A program made the position numbers and the translations under genes. This document shows, piece by piece, positions 17,491 to 26,568 of a stretch of DNA of 64,000 nt (its first letter is position 1; every line of letters begins with the position of its first letter). Under the pieces are notes generated by a model, which was not told the origin of the DNA, did no database searches, and saw nothing but the letters and a program-made list of their open reading frames with translations. The DNA lies in NCBI GenBank assembly GCA_041690755.1, contig JBEPWA010000007.1, positions 21,923 to 85,922 on the forward strand. The letters are read 5' to 3'. Source of the DNA: Gemmatimonadaceae bacterium (GTDB taxonomy: Bacteria > Gemmatimonadota > Gemmatimonadetes > Gemmatimonadales > Gemmatimonadaceae).

Positions 17491-18609
17491 TTACGGCCCC
17501 GGCGCGATCTTGTTCCCGATCTGTAAATCCCAGCCCATGGCATCGGGCACGTGGAAGCTCTGGAGCGTGTCGGACATGTCCGGACGCGGCTCGCGCTCAC
17601 CAGCCGCGTTCACGTAAACCACGTCGCGCTGCTTCAACTCGGCGCGGACGCGCTCGGTGTTCCAGTTCGAGATACCAAAACTGATATGGCCGATCGCGGC
17701 CGTCACCGTTCCTGGCGCACGACTGGGAACTGTGACCGCTGCCGCTCCGCCACCCCCCGCTGCGGCGGCCGCGCGCGCCGCGGCATTGTCGCGAATGATC
17801 GCGCCGGCCACCGTCCCGATCTGCACGGTCACCTGGCCCCGGCCTTCCGCCGGTCCCTGCCACCCGAGCAGCGCCTGATAGAACGCGGCGCTCCGCCGGT
17901 AATCAGGAACTTCAAATGAGATGTGATCCAGATACAGCGTGTTCCAGTTGGTGGGGGCGAACGGCGCGGGCGCCGGCAGCTTGCCGTTGGCCGGCGTCTT
18001 TCGGCGGAGCGCCTTCGTTCCGTTGGTGATGGCGAGGTCGAAACCGTCCGGATCTTTCACGCGGAAGCTGCGATAGTCCGAGCCGGCGTTGTCGGCCACC
18101 GGGTTGAGTCCGCGCTTCTCCAACTCCGCCCGCACCTTGTTCGTGTCCCAGGGCGAAATGCCCCAGGCGAATCCATCAAACACTGCTTGCACAGGCGGGC
18201 GCCTGACGCCGAGCCCAGCGTCGGTGATCGCCGCGGGCGGCGGCGCGGTGAGTCCGCCGCGAATGATGATGCCGCCCGAATTGTCGCCGATGTCGAGCGC
18301 GCATTGTTTGCCGTCGTCGCTTCGCACCTTCCAGCCCATGAGCGTGGCGTAGAACGCCGCCGCTTTTTTATAGTCAACGCATTGATACGAGAGGTGGTCG
18401 AGCCACACTGTGTTCCAGCCGGTGGGTTCGAACGGGAGGATCAGTGGAGTGGTGCCGCGCTGCGCGCCGGCGCGGACGATTGCGCCACTGCGCTGTGCGA
18501 GTGCGACAGCCGGCACTGCCGCGGCGACAGCGAGTGCCTGCAGCAATTGCCGGCGGGTCATCGTTCCGCCGTGGTAGTCGGCGAGGAGTTGCGAGAGCGA
18601 CGCAGGCAT
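17491..18609 (-). CDS. Tat-exported protein with three VOC/glyoxalase-fold modules
   Basis: Twin-arginine signal (MTRRQLLQALAVAAAVPAVALA). Three repeats of the LDH(L/I)S(Y/F)..DY(K/R)..AAFY..L(M/L)GW pattern. Start trimmed to ATG 18609. Confidence 0.7.
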   Translation of the reverse strand: MPASLSQLLADYHGGTMTRRQLLQALAVAAAVPAVALAQRSGAIVRAGAQRGTTPLILPFEPTGWNTVWLDHLSYQCVDYKKAAAFYATLMGWKVRSDDGKQCALDIGDNSGGIIIRGGLTAPPPAAITDAGLGVRRPPVQAVFDGFAWGISPWDTNKVRAELEKRGLNPVADNAGSDYRSFRVKDPDGFDLAITNGTKALRRKTPANGKLPAPAPFAPTNWNTLYLDHISFEVPDYRRSAAFYQALLGWQGPAEGRGQVTVQIGTVAGAIIRDNAAARAAAAAGGGGAAAVTVPSRAPGTVTAAIGHISFGISNWNTERVRAELKQRDVVYVNAAGEREPRPDMSDTLQSFHVPDAMGWDLQIGNKIAPGP

Positions 18610-18791
18610 GGCAGGTCTCCAGTTTTGGAAAGGATAACATGCTACGGTCTCGCGAGCGCCGGAAGCACAGGCGGCGAGCACGGCAATCCCCGCTTGACGC
18701 CGCAAAACGGGCAATACATGTTCTCGCTGTCACTCCATGCCGCGCGATTGGGGGGCGGTGCTATCGATCACGTTCACACGAGGACTGATTG

Positions 18792-18995
18792 ATGAAACCG
18801 AAGTTGTATCTGATGTGGGCCGTTGTCAGCGTACTCGCCGGTTTCGCGTTTCTGTACCAGGCGATCTACGATCGGCCAGTCGGCGCCCGCGTGTCGGTGG
18901 TCGGCATCGTCGCTGGATTGGTGTTTATCGCGATGGGCGTCAGGAATGTCGTGTATCGGAATAGCGGTTGGCGGGCCGCCCGATCGACCCGCTGA
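18792..18995 (+). CDS. Small two-TM membrane protein (67 aa)
   Basis: Two hydrophobic helices (LYLMWAVVSVLAGFAFLY and VSVVGIVAGLVFIAMGV). AGGA lies 7 nt upstream of ATG 18792. Confidence 0.45.
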   Translation: MKPKLYLMWAVVSVLAGFAFLYQAIYDRPVGARVSVVGIVAGLVFIAMGVRNVVYRNSGWRAARSTR

Positions 18996-19127
18996 CCTCA
19001 GTTGATCATCGGCGTGGATCGGCTTTGAAGCCGCTTGGGCGCGCCGTAGCGCCCGAGCGGCGGCGCGGCCAACGAACACCAAGTCGTTACGTTTCGCACG
19101 ACCCCCGGCCGTTCCCCTGCAGACCCG

Positions 19128-22025
19128 ATGTCAGCGGTAATCACACCCTCCCCGTCCCAACGCGACGCCATCGAGGCGCCGGCCGGCCCGCTGCTTGTGC
19201 TCGCCGGACCGGGTGCGGGCAAGACGTACTGCCTCGCCGAGCGAATTCGGTTCCTCACCGAAACGCTGGGCTTCGACCCGGCCCGCATCTGCGCCTTCAC
19301 GTTCACGAACAAGGCGGCCGGCGAGATTGCCCATCGCCTCGAGACTCGGCTCGGTGCCGCGGCCGAAAAGATTCGGCGGGGAACGATCCACGCCTTTTGT
19401 GCCGACGTGTTGCGCGAGTTCGGCTCGCACGTGAACCTCGATCCGGGTTTTGGCATCGCCGACGAGGAGTACCAGCTCGCCATCCTCCGTCGCATCAAGG
19501 GGCCGAGTCGCTGGCATAGGAGTTCTCTAACACGCTTTTCGGCGAGCCGGTTCCGCGGTGAGCCACTGCGGCACGACGACGCGATCCTCTTCGACCAGTA
19601 CGAGCGGTTTCTCGCCGAGCGGAACATCGTCGATTTCGACATGCTCGTGCTCAAGGCCGCCGAGTTGCTCGAACGCAAGAGCGACGGCGATGCGTTGCGC
19701 GCCCGCTGGGACGTAGTGCTCGTTGACGAATTCCAGGATCTGAATCCGGTGCAGTACCGGGTGGTGCGGGCGTTGGCGTCCGGCCACAAGCACATCTTCG
19801 CGGTGGGCGACGACGACCAATCCATCTACTCGTGGGCCGGCGCCGACCCGGCGGTGTTCAAGTCGCTGGTCAACGACTTCGGCGTGAAGACCAGAGTCCA
19901 TCTGCAGGAAAATCGTCGCTGCCCGCGGGACGTCTTTGCATTCGCCCGCCGGCTCGTCATGATCAACACGCCAATCTTTGCGGATCGCGTCAACCCCAGC
20001 GCCGATCATGAATCGACGCATCCGGTAGCCGCGGTGTCGTTCGAGACCGAGGAGGCCGAACTCGCGTGGTTGATCGACGACATTCGCCGCGATCGCGAGC
20101 AACACGGCCACGATTGGGGCGAGGTGGCGCTGCTCTATCGCACTCACGCAATCGGCGATGGGCTCGAGGGTGCGTTTCTCAATGCGGGCATTCCGTGCAG
20201 GCTCGCCCATGGCCGCGCGCTCGCCGAGGACCCGATCGTCGCGTACGTGATTGCGGCGTTACGCGTAATCGCGCGGCCGGACGACGATCTCTGTCGTGAC
20301 GCATTCTTTGGTGTGGTGCTCCCGCGCCCACTGTTCGACGAGACGCGCGCCCAGGCCGAGTCGGCGCACGTCGATCTACGCCGCCGGCTGAACGAGATGG
20401 CGGCGCAACTTCCCAAGGCGGACGAAAAAGGCCGTCAGATTCGCCGAGCCCTCACCGACTGGCGCAACCTCGACGCGCTCGGCAAGCGCCACACAACGCT
20501 ACGCGCGCTCGTGCAGGATCTCCTGTCCCGACGCGTCGGATCCGTGCGTTCAGTGCTCGACGATCGGCACGATGAGATCAGTAACCCGGCCGGACTACCG
20601 GATGTTGTGGCGCTCGCCAATCGATTGCGTGCTGTGCGCGAACGACGCGGCGACGTCTGGATTCCGCGCATCGGTGGTGTGGAGATTGGCCTCAAGGGAA
20701 TTCTCTCGGCCATCGGCTTCGGTGCGGTGCATCTGGGGGGTGCGTGTCCAGCCAACGCCGAGCCGATTGGCGCGGACGACACGCCGTCCGTGGGAATAGC
20801 ACTCGGTGTGTTCAAGGCGGCGCAGATCATCGAGATGGATGAGGCGGGCGCCGCGTTCGCCGATTTCACCGCCATCGACCTGGAGACGACCGACCGCGAC
20901 ACGAGCAGCGCCGAGATCATCGAGATCGCCGGCGTTCGCGTGCGGCAGGGTGTGATCGCCGGTGAGTATTACTCCATGGTCAAGCCGCGCGTGCCGATCG
21001 CGCCCGGCGCCTCGGCGACTCATGGCATGCACGAAGCGGACGTCGCCGCCGCCCCGCGCTTCGAGGAGATCTGGCCGGCGTTCCGCGACTTCTGCGGCGA
21101 CGACGTGATCGTGGCGCACAACGGCTACGACTTCGACTTCCGCATTCTCCGTCGCATGTCCAGAGCAATCGGCAGCTCGTTCGAGCTGTGCACCTACGAT
21201 ACGCTGCCGTTGGCGCGGGACCTGTTCCCCACCAGTCGCAAGCTCGCGGACCTCGCTCGACTGTTCGACATTCCGCCCGGCCAGTCGCATCGCGCGCTCG
21301 ACGATACGATCACGCTCGCCAAGGTCGTGCTCGCGCTCGACAACGTGCGACGCGAGCGCGCTCGCAAGACTGCGCTCGTGAACGTGCTCGATCACTTGGG
21401 CATCGCGCTCGCACTTAGCGACGACGAGACACTTTGCGCCGAGGCGAGGATGTTTCGCGGCATTACGCGAGTCTTTTCGCTTGGTCGATACAGCAACTGT
21501 CTCGAGACGTATGAGCGCGAGCAGCGCGACGACATCTCCATTCCCACGGCCGACGAAGTCATCGAAGCGCTCGGTGGCGCCGAGTTGATGGTGCGCATTC
21601 GCGCCGACCGGAGCGCGGATGAGCGGTACCCCGCCACGATGATCCGCCTCCGACGGCTCATCGCCGAGATTCCGGAAGGCTCGCTCGCCGAGGAGCTGTC
21701 GCGCTTTCTCGAGCGTGCCGTGCTGTCGCGTGCCGATGGCGACGATTCCGGCAGCGGCCGCGTCAACTTGCTGACACTTCACTCCACCAAGGGTCTGGAG
21801 TTCTCGCGCGTCTACGTGGTGGGCGTGGAGAATTCGCAGCTGCTCGGTTCGCGCGCGGCTGCGCCCAAACCGGCGGAGTTGGAGGAAGCGCGGCGATTGT
21901 TGTATGTGGGCATGACGCGCACCAAGAACCGTCTCGTGCTAACCCACGTCGCCACGCGGGGCGGCAAGCCGAGCGGCGGACATCAGTTCCTCGACGAGAT
22001 GGGATTGATTCCGGCAGCTACATAG
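19128..22025 (+). CDS. UvrD/PcrA-family SF1 helicase with an internal DnaQ-like DEDDh 3'-5' exonuclease domain
   Basis: Helicase motifs AGPGAGKT, FTFTNKAAGE, VLVDEFQD, GDDDQSIYSWAGA, ..LLTLHSTKGLEFSRVYVVG, LLYVGMTRTKNRLVL. Exonuclease motifs lie between them: FTAIDLETTD, VAHNGYDFDFRIL, HRALDDTITLAKV (about 20860-21340). Confidence 0.85.
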   Translation: MSAVITPSPSQRDAIEAPAGPLLVLAGPGAGKTYCLAERIRFLTETLGFDPARICAFTFTNKAAGEIAHRLETRLGAAAEKIRRGTIHAFCADVLREFGSHVNLDPGFGIADEEYQLAILRRIKGPSRWHRSSLTRFSASRFRGEPLRHDDAILFDQYERFLAERNIVDFDMLVLKAAELLERKSDGDALRARWDVVLVDEFQDLNPVQYRVVRALASGHKHIFAVGDDDQSIYSWAGADPAVFKSLVNDFGVKTRVHLQENRRCPRDVFAFARRLVMINTPIFADRVNPSADHESTHPVAAVSFETEEAELAWLIDDIRRDREQHGHDWGEVALLYRTHAIGDGLEGAFLNAGIPCRLAHGRALAEDPIVAYVIAALRVIARPDDDLCRDAFFGVVLPRPLFDETRAQAESAHVDLRRRLNEMAAQLPKADEKGRQIRRALTDWRNLDALGKRHTTLRALVQDLLSRRVGSVRSVLDDRHDEISNPAGLPDVVALANRLRAVRERRGDVWIPRIGGVEIGLKGILSAIGFGAVHLGGACPANAEPIGADDTPSVGIALGVFKAAQIIEMDEAGAAFADFTAIDLETTDRDTSSAEIIEIAGVRVRQGVIAGEYYSMVKPRVPIAPGASATHGMHEADVAAAPRFEEIWPAFRDFCGDDVIVAHNGYDFDFRILRRMSRAIGSSFELCTYDTLPLARDLFPTSRKLADLARLFDIPPGQSHRALDDTITLAKVVLALDNVRRERARKTALVNVLDHLGIALALSDDETLCAEARMFRGITRVFSLGRYSNCLETYEREQRDDISIPTADEVIEALGGAELMVRIRADRSADERYPATMIRLRRLIAEIPEGSLAEELSRFLERAVLSRADGDDSGSGRVNLLTLHSTKGLEFSRVYVVGVENSQLLGSRAAAPKPAELEEARRLLYVGMTRTKNRLVLTHVATRGGKPSGGHQFLDEMGLIPAAT

Positions 22026-23478
22026 CCAGCTTGTTCGCCGCGTTCAGCGCGGCAACCTTGTAGCACTCGGCCAGCGTTGGATAGTTGAACACGGTCTGCA
22101 GGAAGTAATCGAGGCCGCCGCCGAGTGCGAGCACCGCCTGCCCAATGTGCAGCAGCTCAGTCGCTCCGGTGCCGATGATGTGCACGCCGAGCAGGCGATG
22201 GTCGTCGCGATGGAACAGCATCTTGAAGAAACCGCTGTCGTCGCCAAGGATCTGGCCGCGGGCAATCTCGCGGTAGCGCGCCACGCCCACTTCGTATGGC
22301 ACGCACGCCTTGGTGAGCTCCTGTTCTGTGAGGCCCACCATGGAGATCTCGGGAATTGCGTAGATGCCAATGGGGAAGTGGGGGGACATGGGATGCGTGG
22401 TCGCACCCAACGCATGGCAGGCCGCGATGCGCCCCTGCTCGCTGGACGTCGCGGCCAGGCTGGGATGACCGATCACGTCGCCGGCCGCAAAGATATGCGG
22501 TACGGCGGTGCGGAAGCATTCGTCCACGGCAATGCGACCGCGCGCGTCGGTGGTGAGGCCGGCATTGGCCAGGTCGAGCGTCTCGGTGGCGCCGAGCCGT
22601 CCGACGGAGAAGAGGGCCATGTCGGCGGTGATCTTCTTGCCCGACGCCAGTTGCAGCACGGCGCGCCGCGGCGGCCCCTCCACGACGTCGAGCCGCTCCA
22701 CGGATTCGCCAAACCGGAATGATATATTACTCTTTCGCATTTGATGAATGAGTTCGTCTACGATCTCAGCATCGACGAACTCCAGCGGACGGTCGCGGCG
22801 GTCCACCACTGTCACCTCCACGCCGAGCGCGGCAAACATCGACGCGTACTCAATGCCGATCACGCCGGCGCCGACCACGGCGAGCGAGCGTGGCAGGCGC
22901 GTCATCGTGCTGATCTCGTCGCTGGTGATTACCGTTTCGCCATCGGGTGTGGCGCCGGCCGGCGGCACGGCGATGGTGCCCGAGGCGATCAGCACGCTGG
23001 CCGTCGTGATCTCGCGCGTTCCCGTGGATGACCTGATGCGCAGCCGGTGCGGGTCCACGAACGCCGCCTCGCCCTGCAGCACGTCCACTCCGTTCCGCGA
23101 CAGCTGATTCATAATGATCGAGCCTTCGCGACCTACCACGTCGCCCACGCGGGCGAGCAGTTGCAGTGCCGTGGGGCGCGGGCCGATGGTGCCGGCAATG
23201 TTGGTAGCCAGCACGCCGAGGACTGCTTCACGGAACGTCTTGCTGGGGATGGTGCCGGTGTCCACGCAGATGCCGCCAACGCCTCCGCGTCGCTCGACGA
23301 TTGCCACCCGTTTCCCGAGCTTTGCCGCCTGCACGGCACCGCGTTGTCCGGCCGGCCCGCTGCCGATGCAGACGAGATCGTAATCGTAGGAGTCGGCGGG
23401 GGACACGGTTGCCTGGGTCGAAGACGAAATGGGTTCGGTCACGCTGACCAAGCTACCGCGTCGCGGCGGCTCGTGCAC
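22018..23478 (-). CDS. sthA: Soluble (Si-specific) NAD(P)+ transhydrogenase
   Basis: YDYDLVCIGSGPAG.., GTIPSKTF, GDVIGHPSLAATSSEQGRIAA, IPEISMVG.TEQELT...VPYEVG and the C-terminal TVFNYPTLAECYKVAALN closely track E. coli SthA as I remember it. The exact start is uncertain (ATG 23478, or an internal TTG/GTG). Confidence 0.85.
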   Translation of the reverse strand: MHEPPRRGSLVSVTEPISSSTQATVSPADSYDYDLVCIGSGPAGQRGAVQAAKLGKRVAIVERRGGVGGICVDTGTIPSKTFREAVLGVLATNIAGTIGPRPTALQLLARVGDVVGREGSIIMNQLSRNGVDVLQGEAAFVDPHRLRIRSSTGTREITTASVLIASGTIAVPPAGATPDGETVITSDEISTMTRLPRSLAVVGAGVIGIEYASMFAALGVEVTVVDRRDRPLEFVDAEIVDELIHQMRKSNISFRFGESVERLDVVEGPPRRAVLQLASGKKITADMALFSVGRLGATETLDLANAGLTTDARGRIAVDECFRTAVPHIFAAGDVIGHPSLAATSSEQGRIAACHALGATTHPMSPHFPIGIYAIPEISMVGLTEQELTKACVPYEVGVARYREIARGQILGDDSGFFKMLFHRDDHRLLGVHIIGTGATELLHIGQAVLALGGGLDYFLQTVFNYPTLAECYKVAALNAANKLAM

Positions 23479-23698
23479 AACACGCCGGGCATATGGCCAG
23501 GTGGCCGCCCCGTTGATATTGTGAGCTCATGGCATCGGCTGCCCTCCTCGAACAGTATCGGCCGGCCCTCACCGGCCACTGCACTCGACGCGCAGAGCCG
23601 GCCGCATCTTTACCGCCCTTGGGCGCCCTTTCTCACCTTTGACGTTGTGATCAAGCCCGCACGTTGATTCATCAAAACCAATTGAGGAGATTGTAAAC

Positions 23699-24160
23699 AT
23701 GTCAACGTCACAGGCACCCGCGCCCACGATCACCAACGCCGCGACGAAGCCGGCGACCCCGCACAAGCTGTTCGTCAACATCCCGGTGGGGAACGTTCAA
23801 AACGCCATCGTCTTCTTCGAGGCGCTGGGGTTCAGCTTTAACGTGCAGTTCACCGACGCCACCGCCACGTGCATGCTCGTGGGCGAGGACGCCTACTTCA
23901 TGCTCCTCGACAAGGCCCGGTTCGCCGGATTCAGCAAGCGTCCCGCGGGCGACCCACAAAAGGAAACCAACGCGCTGTTCAGCCTGGGCGTGAACAGCCG
24001 CGCCGAAGTGGACGAGATGGTGAACAAGGCGCTCGCCGCCGGCGGGTCGCACGCCGCCGACCCGCAGGACCACGGCTTCATGTACGGTTGGAGCTTCTAC
24101 GATCTCGACGGCCACCACTGGGAAGTGTTCTGGATGGACCAGAGCGCGGTGAACGGCTGA
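23699..24160 (+). CDS. VOC-family (glyoxalase/bleomycin-resistance fold) protein
   Basis: LFVNIPV.N...A..FFEALGF and ..GFMYGWSFYDLDGHHWEVFWMD are typical of this family. GAGGAG RBS before the ATG. Confidence 0.75.
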   Translation: MSTSQAPAPTITNAATKPATPHKLFVNIPVGNVQNAIVFFEALGFSFNVQFTDATATCMLVGEDAYFMLLDKARFAGFSKRPAGDPQKETNALFSLGVNSRAEVDEMVNKALAAGGSHAADPQDHGFMYGWSFYDLDGHHWEVFWMDQSAVNG

Positions 24161-24190
24161 CGATGCGCGCCGCGCCGTTCGCCCGCATGC

Positions 24191-25378
24191 TCACGTCGCG
24201 GACGGCGCGCGCAGCATGTACTCTCGAATTCGCTCGAGCGCCGGCGTCAGCGTCGCGTTGGACGCGGCGAAGCAGAGCCGCAAGTACCCCTCGCCCGACG
24301 TGCCGAACGCTGATCCGGGTGCCAGCGCAACGCCCGCCTTGCGCAACATCGACAGCGCCAGCGCCGCTGAATCGGTGAGTCCGTCTACCGCCATGAACGC
24401 GTAGAACCCGCCGGCCGGCGTGATCAACGTGACGCCAGGAATTGCGCCGAGCATCGCCTGCACCTGAGCGCGCCGTGCGGTGTAGTGCGCGCGCAACTCC
24501 TTCACGTACGACTCGCCGTCGCGCATCGCCACGATCCCGGCCTGCTGCACCATCGCGCTCGGATTCGACGTGATGAACTCCGCGGCGGAGTACATGACAC
24601 GAATCGCCCGCTCGCTTGCCTGCGCCCAGCCGAGCCGCCAGCCTGTCATGTTGTACGTCTTGGAAAAGCTGTTGACGACGATGAGGCGCTCCTTCACCCG
24701 CTCGGTGTCGCCGAGTACGGACGCGAACGTGGCGGCCAGCGGAGCATCGAACACGAGCCGCTCGTACACTTCATCTGACAAGATCATCAGGTCGTGCTCA
24801 TCAGCGAGCGCGTACAGCGCGCGCTGTTCGGCGCCAGTCATCATCCAACCCGTAGGATTGGACGGACTGTTGACGATGAGCATTCTCGTATGCCTGTCGA
24901 TGGCGTGCCGCACGCGATCGAGATCGAGCGAGAACCGGTTTCCGTCCCGCGCCAGCGGAACCGCCCGTGACTCGCCGCCGGCCATGGTCACGGTGTTCGC
25001 GTACGCAGCATAGGCAGGCGAAATGATCACCGCGTTGTCGCCCACGCCCACGAACGCCCGAATGGCCGCGTAAATCGCCATGGTGCCGCCCACGGTGGCC
25101 ATGATCTCGGGCGGCCGGTACTCCACGTCGTGCAGCAGTCGGATCTGCGCGCCGATCGCTTCACGCAATTCCGGGCTGCCCGCAGTGTGGGTGTAGTAGG
25201 TGTGACCGGCCAGCGACGCTTCGTAGGCCGCGCGGCAGATGAACTCCGGAGTCGGCATGTCCGACTCGCCGTAGCACAGCTTGATCGCCCCTGGTGTGCG
25301 CTCTGCCTCGGTGGCGATGAGCACGAGTGGCGACTCCGGAACATCGGTAAGCTCAGGTCGAAGGTGCATGGGCGCCAT
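24191..25378 (-). CDS. Class I/II pyridoxal-phosphate aminotransferase (aspartate/aromatic aminotransferase-like)
   Basis: SPSNPTGW, NSFSKTYNMTGWRLGW (PLP lysine), LRLCFA. The start is uncertain (ATG 25378 or 25369). The track start at 25504 runs into the 157-bp hairpin and is rejected. Confidence 0.8.
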   Translation of the reverse strand: MAPMHLRPELTDVPESPLVLIATEAERTPGAIKLCYGESDMPTPEFICRAAYEASLAGHTYYTHTAGSPELREAIGAQIRLLHDVEYRPPEIMATVGGTMAIYAAIRAFVGVGDNAVIISPAYAAYANTVTMAGGESRAVPLARDGNRFSLDLDRVRHAIDRHTRMLIVNSPSNPTGWMMTGAEQRALYALADEHDLMILSDEVYERLVFDAPLAATFASVLGDTERVKERLIVVNSFSKTYNMTGWRLGWAQASERAIRVMYSAAEFITSNPSAMVQQAGIVAMRDGESYVKELRAHYTARRAQVQAMLGAIPGVTLITPAGGFYAFMAVDGLTDSAALALSMLRKAGVALAPGSAFGTSGEGYLRLCFAASNATLTPALERIREYMLRAPSAT

Positions 25379-25427
25379 GGCGGCAAAGATCCCGGACGGG
25401 CCGAGACGGGTCAAGAGCATAGCCCGC

Positions 25428-25584
25428 CTCCCGCCTCGCCCCTCTCGACTAGGTGCTCTCGACTGGACTCGCTTTCGGTTTTGAGATGCCAGACCAGCGC
25501 ACAATTGCTATTCGCTGGTCTGGCATCTCAAGCCTGAAAACCAGTCCAGTCTAGAGCGTTAGGTCGAGAGGGGCGAGAGGGGAG
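25428..25584. repeat. 157-bp imperfect inverted repeat (72-bp arms, 13-bp loop), function unknown
   Basis: By hand alignment, arm 25428-25499 matches the reverse complement of arm 25513-25584 at 59 of 72 positions. The inner 17 bp (GAGATGCCAGACCAGCG, 25483-25499) pair perfectly with 25513-25529. Confidence 0.8.
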
Positions 25585-25635
25585 TACCGATGTCGCCCGT
25601 TGCTAGGGCTGCCCGCTCAAGGTACCGTAAGAATC

Positions 25636-26568
25636 ATGACCGCGAATCGAACCATTTGCGTGGCCGTCGCCACGTTCGTCGCCGTTGCCGGGGTTCCGGT
25701 CGCGGCGCAGACGTCGCCATTCCACTACACCGCCGCTCAGTGCACCGGCTGCGCCGCGTGGAGCGTGCCCGAGGCGCCCCGCCGGGTGTTCGGCAATACA
25801 TACTACGTGGGCACTCACGGGTTGAGCGCCATTCTCATCACCTCCGATCGCGGCCACATTCTGATCGATGGCACCATTCCCGACATGGCCGACACCGTCA
25901 TCGCCCACATCCGTGCGCTCGGTTTTCGGGTAGAAGACGTGAAGCTCATTCTGAATTCGCACGCCCACTTCGACCATGCCGGAGGAATCGCCGCCGTGCA
26001 GCGTGCCTCGGGCGCCGAGGTGGCGGCCACGAAATGGAGCGCCGAAGTGCTTCGGAAGGGCGCCTCGATGCCAGGAGACCCGCAGTACGGCATGGTGCTT
26101 CCGTTTCCCCCCGTGGCCAACGTTCAGGTAATCGGCGACGGCCAGGTCATGCGCGTTGGCCCGTTGGCCCTCACCGCGCACGTGACGGCCGGCCACACGC
26201 CGGGTGGTACGTCGTGGTCGTGGCAGTCGTGCGAAGGGGTGCGGTGCCTCGATCTCGTCTACGCCGACAGCCAATCGCCCATATCTGCAAACGGCTTCCT
26301 GTTCACCAAGAGCCGCGCGTACCCCACAGCGGTACACGATTTTCAGCATGCCGCTGCGACGATCGAGCAGTTGCCGTGCGACATTCTCATGACTCCGCAT
26401 CCAGAGGCGTCGCAGTTGCTGGATCGTCTCGCCGCGAACGGCCATGGCGCTCCGCCCCTCGTTGATACCGCAGGCTGCTCCCGCTACGCGGCAACTGCGC
26501 GCGAGGCATTTGCCAAGCGGCTCGATTCGGAGCGCGGGAAATCCGCGAAATCGGGATTGCCGCAATGA
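25636..26568 (+). CDS. Subclass B3 metallo-beta-lactamase-fold hydrolase, secreted
   Basis: Signal peptide, HAHFDH (HxHxDH), GHTPGGTSW and a late HPE histidine, together the complete B3 zinc-ligand set. Start trimmed to ATG 25636. Confidence 0.8.
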   Translation: MTANRTICVAVATFVAVAGVPVAAQTSPFHYTAAQCTGCAAWSVPEAPRRVFGNTYYVGTHGLSAILITSDRGHILIDGTIPDMADTVIAHIRALGFRVEDVKLILNSHAHFDHAGGIAAVQRASGAEVAATKWSAEVLRKGASMPGDPQYGMVLPFPPVANVQVIGDGQVMRVGPLALTAHVTAGHTPGGTSWSWQSCEGVRCLDLVYADSQSPISANGFLFTKSRAYPTAVHDFQHAAATIEQLPCDILMTPHPEASQLLDRLAANGHGAPPLVDTAGCSRYAATAREAFAKRLDSERGKSAKSGLPQ

